A DNA stretch of 50,502 bases from an uncultured bacterium. Its GTDB lineage: Bacteria > Muiribacteriota > UBA6191. How positions within the stretch are numbered: position 1 is the stretch's first letter; the number at the start of each line of letters is the position of its first letter. The notes under the pieces are model-generated. The model ran no database searches, was not told the DNA's origin, and was given only the letters and a program-made list of their open reading frames with translations. The translations under genes were made by a program, and so were the position numbers. This document shows, piece after piece, positions 49,729-50,502 of the stretch. The stretch spans positions 20,794 through 71,295 of the forward strand of contig CAZIKF010000024.1 of the NCBI GenBank assembly GCA_964539825.1. Reading direction: 5' to 3'.

Positions 49729-50502
49729 TCAGTTACAGAACACATCCCCCCATAGGTCATAGATAAAGCGATGATGGCCAATGACGCCGGCCACTGCGGG
49801 TCCAGAGTTTATCCCTACTCGAATGCTTAAATCGTTTCCAACTTCTTGGTTGAATTCCGTCAGGATTTTTTGCATCTTCAATGCGAATCGTGCCAATACA
49901 TGGGCATGCTGATCCTTGTGGACTGGGAGACCGGAAGCTGCCATGTATGCATCACCAATAGTCTTAATTTTTTCGATCTCCAGACTCTGAGCGGCTTCAT
50001 CAAAGCGGGAAAATATCTGGTTGAGAAGTTCCACTAACTCCCTGGGATCGGTTTGGGATGAAAGTTGTGTGAATCCAACTAGATCCGCAAACAGTACGCT
50101 AACTTCTGAAAAGCGGTCGGCGATAGTATTTTCTCCGTTATTCAATCGATTCGCCACCGGCTCAGGCAGGATGTTCAAGAGTAGTTTTTCTGATTTTTGC
50201 TTTTCTGCGTTCAGTTCCTTATTTTTGTCCACTAACTGGATGCGGACCTTGTCTAACTGGCCCAGATAGTAGTAGATCAGGGGAAGGATGATGAGTGGAA
50301 ATCCCAATACACAGACCATATCAAAATAGATGTTAACCTCATGTGGAAGACCATCCCTGAGTGAGCTGATTTGCGGATTGAAAAGAACTAACAAGACCAC
50401 GGTGCAGATATAGGCCAGAGTCCATATCTGGTAGGCTCTTTTTGAGGACAGGAAAGCCGCCCCCAAAGGGGTCATTGCCCCCCAGATCATCATCGCACCG
50501 AT
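49729..50502 (-). pseudogene. Membrane-anchored class III adenylate/guanylate cyclase. Its catalytic domain is truncated by the IS21 insertion, and the 5' end runs off the window.
   Basis: FADLVGFT...IKTIGDAYMAASGLP...IRVGINSGPAVAGVIG..RFIYDLWGD is the class III cyclase core. The reading frame enters the IS at the Asp codon (GA|T) and stops 4 codons later, so the expected 'TVNLASRMES...' is absent. The ORF is still open at position 50502. Confidence 0.75.

Larger units (their letters stand above)
47258..49744 (-). mobile_element. IS21-family insertion sequence (istA + istB), complete, about 2.49 kb, with TG...CA termini and duplicated AAAATTGACCCA sub-terminal repeats at each end
   Basis: The left end TGTGTTCTGcaatcgAAAATTGACCCAggttgtcatcgAAAATTGACCCAccc mirrors the reverse-complemented right end TGTGTTCTGtaactgAAAATTGACCCAcctaacccagaaattgtaatcgAATATTGACCCAccc. 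The two ORFs overlap by ATGA. Confidence 0.85.

Noticed and set aside
1-50502. CRISPR arrays, rRNA genes, large direct repeats
   Set aside because: No regularly spaced short repeats and no rRNA-like conserved blocks were seen on reading through. The only notable long repeats are the IS21 termini and the two hydrolase paralogues.

Overview
This 50.5 kb window looks like ordinary bacterial chromosome, roughly 43-46% GC judged by eye. Organism not identifiable from sequence alone. It is densely coding on both strands. Housekeeping genes I recognise with confidence are the TypA/BipA GTPase, a DEAD-box RNA helicase with a DbpA-like C-terminus, acetate kinase, a sodium:solute symporter, an ABC-F ATPase, an MscS channel, a uracil-DNA glycosylase-family protein, RidA, a TauE/SafE exporter, a LysE exporter, GNAT and VOC enzymes, and two response regulators. 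Between these are many signal-peptide or membrane proteins with no assignable function. The 3' end carries a complete IS21-family element (istA/istB with terminal multi-repeats) that has cut a membrane class III nucleotidyl cyclase gene inside its catalytic domain, with no target-site duplication visible. The most unusual item is a 463-aa cytoplasmic protein at 45108..46499, immediately downstream of an orphan OmpR-type regulator. By my reading it matches the C-terminal half of the eukaryotic major vault protein (last vault repeats, SPFH-like shoulder, start of the cap-helix). I recalled the reference sequence from memory, so this needs HMM confirmation. Other notable items: two secreted alpha/beta-hydrolase paralogues about 29 kb apart, one with a +1 frameshift; a tandem PhzF-like/ASPDH-like gene pair with an NTF2/SnoaL-like gene immediately downstream (the first two have eukaryotic counterparts); a voltage-sensor/RCK channel with a non-canonical pore filter; a lipoprotein built from internal repeats with a palindrome in its promoter; and several strong hairpins or inverted repeats. 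I found no CRISPR array, no rRNA, and no tRNA I could support by eye.
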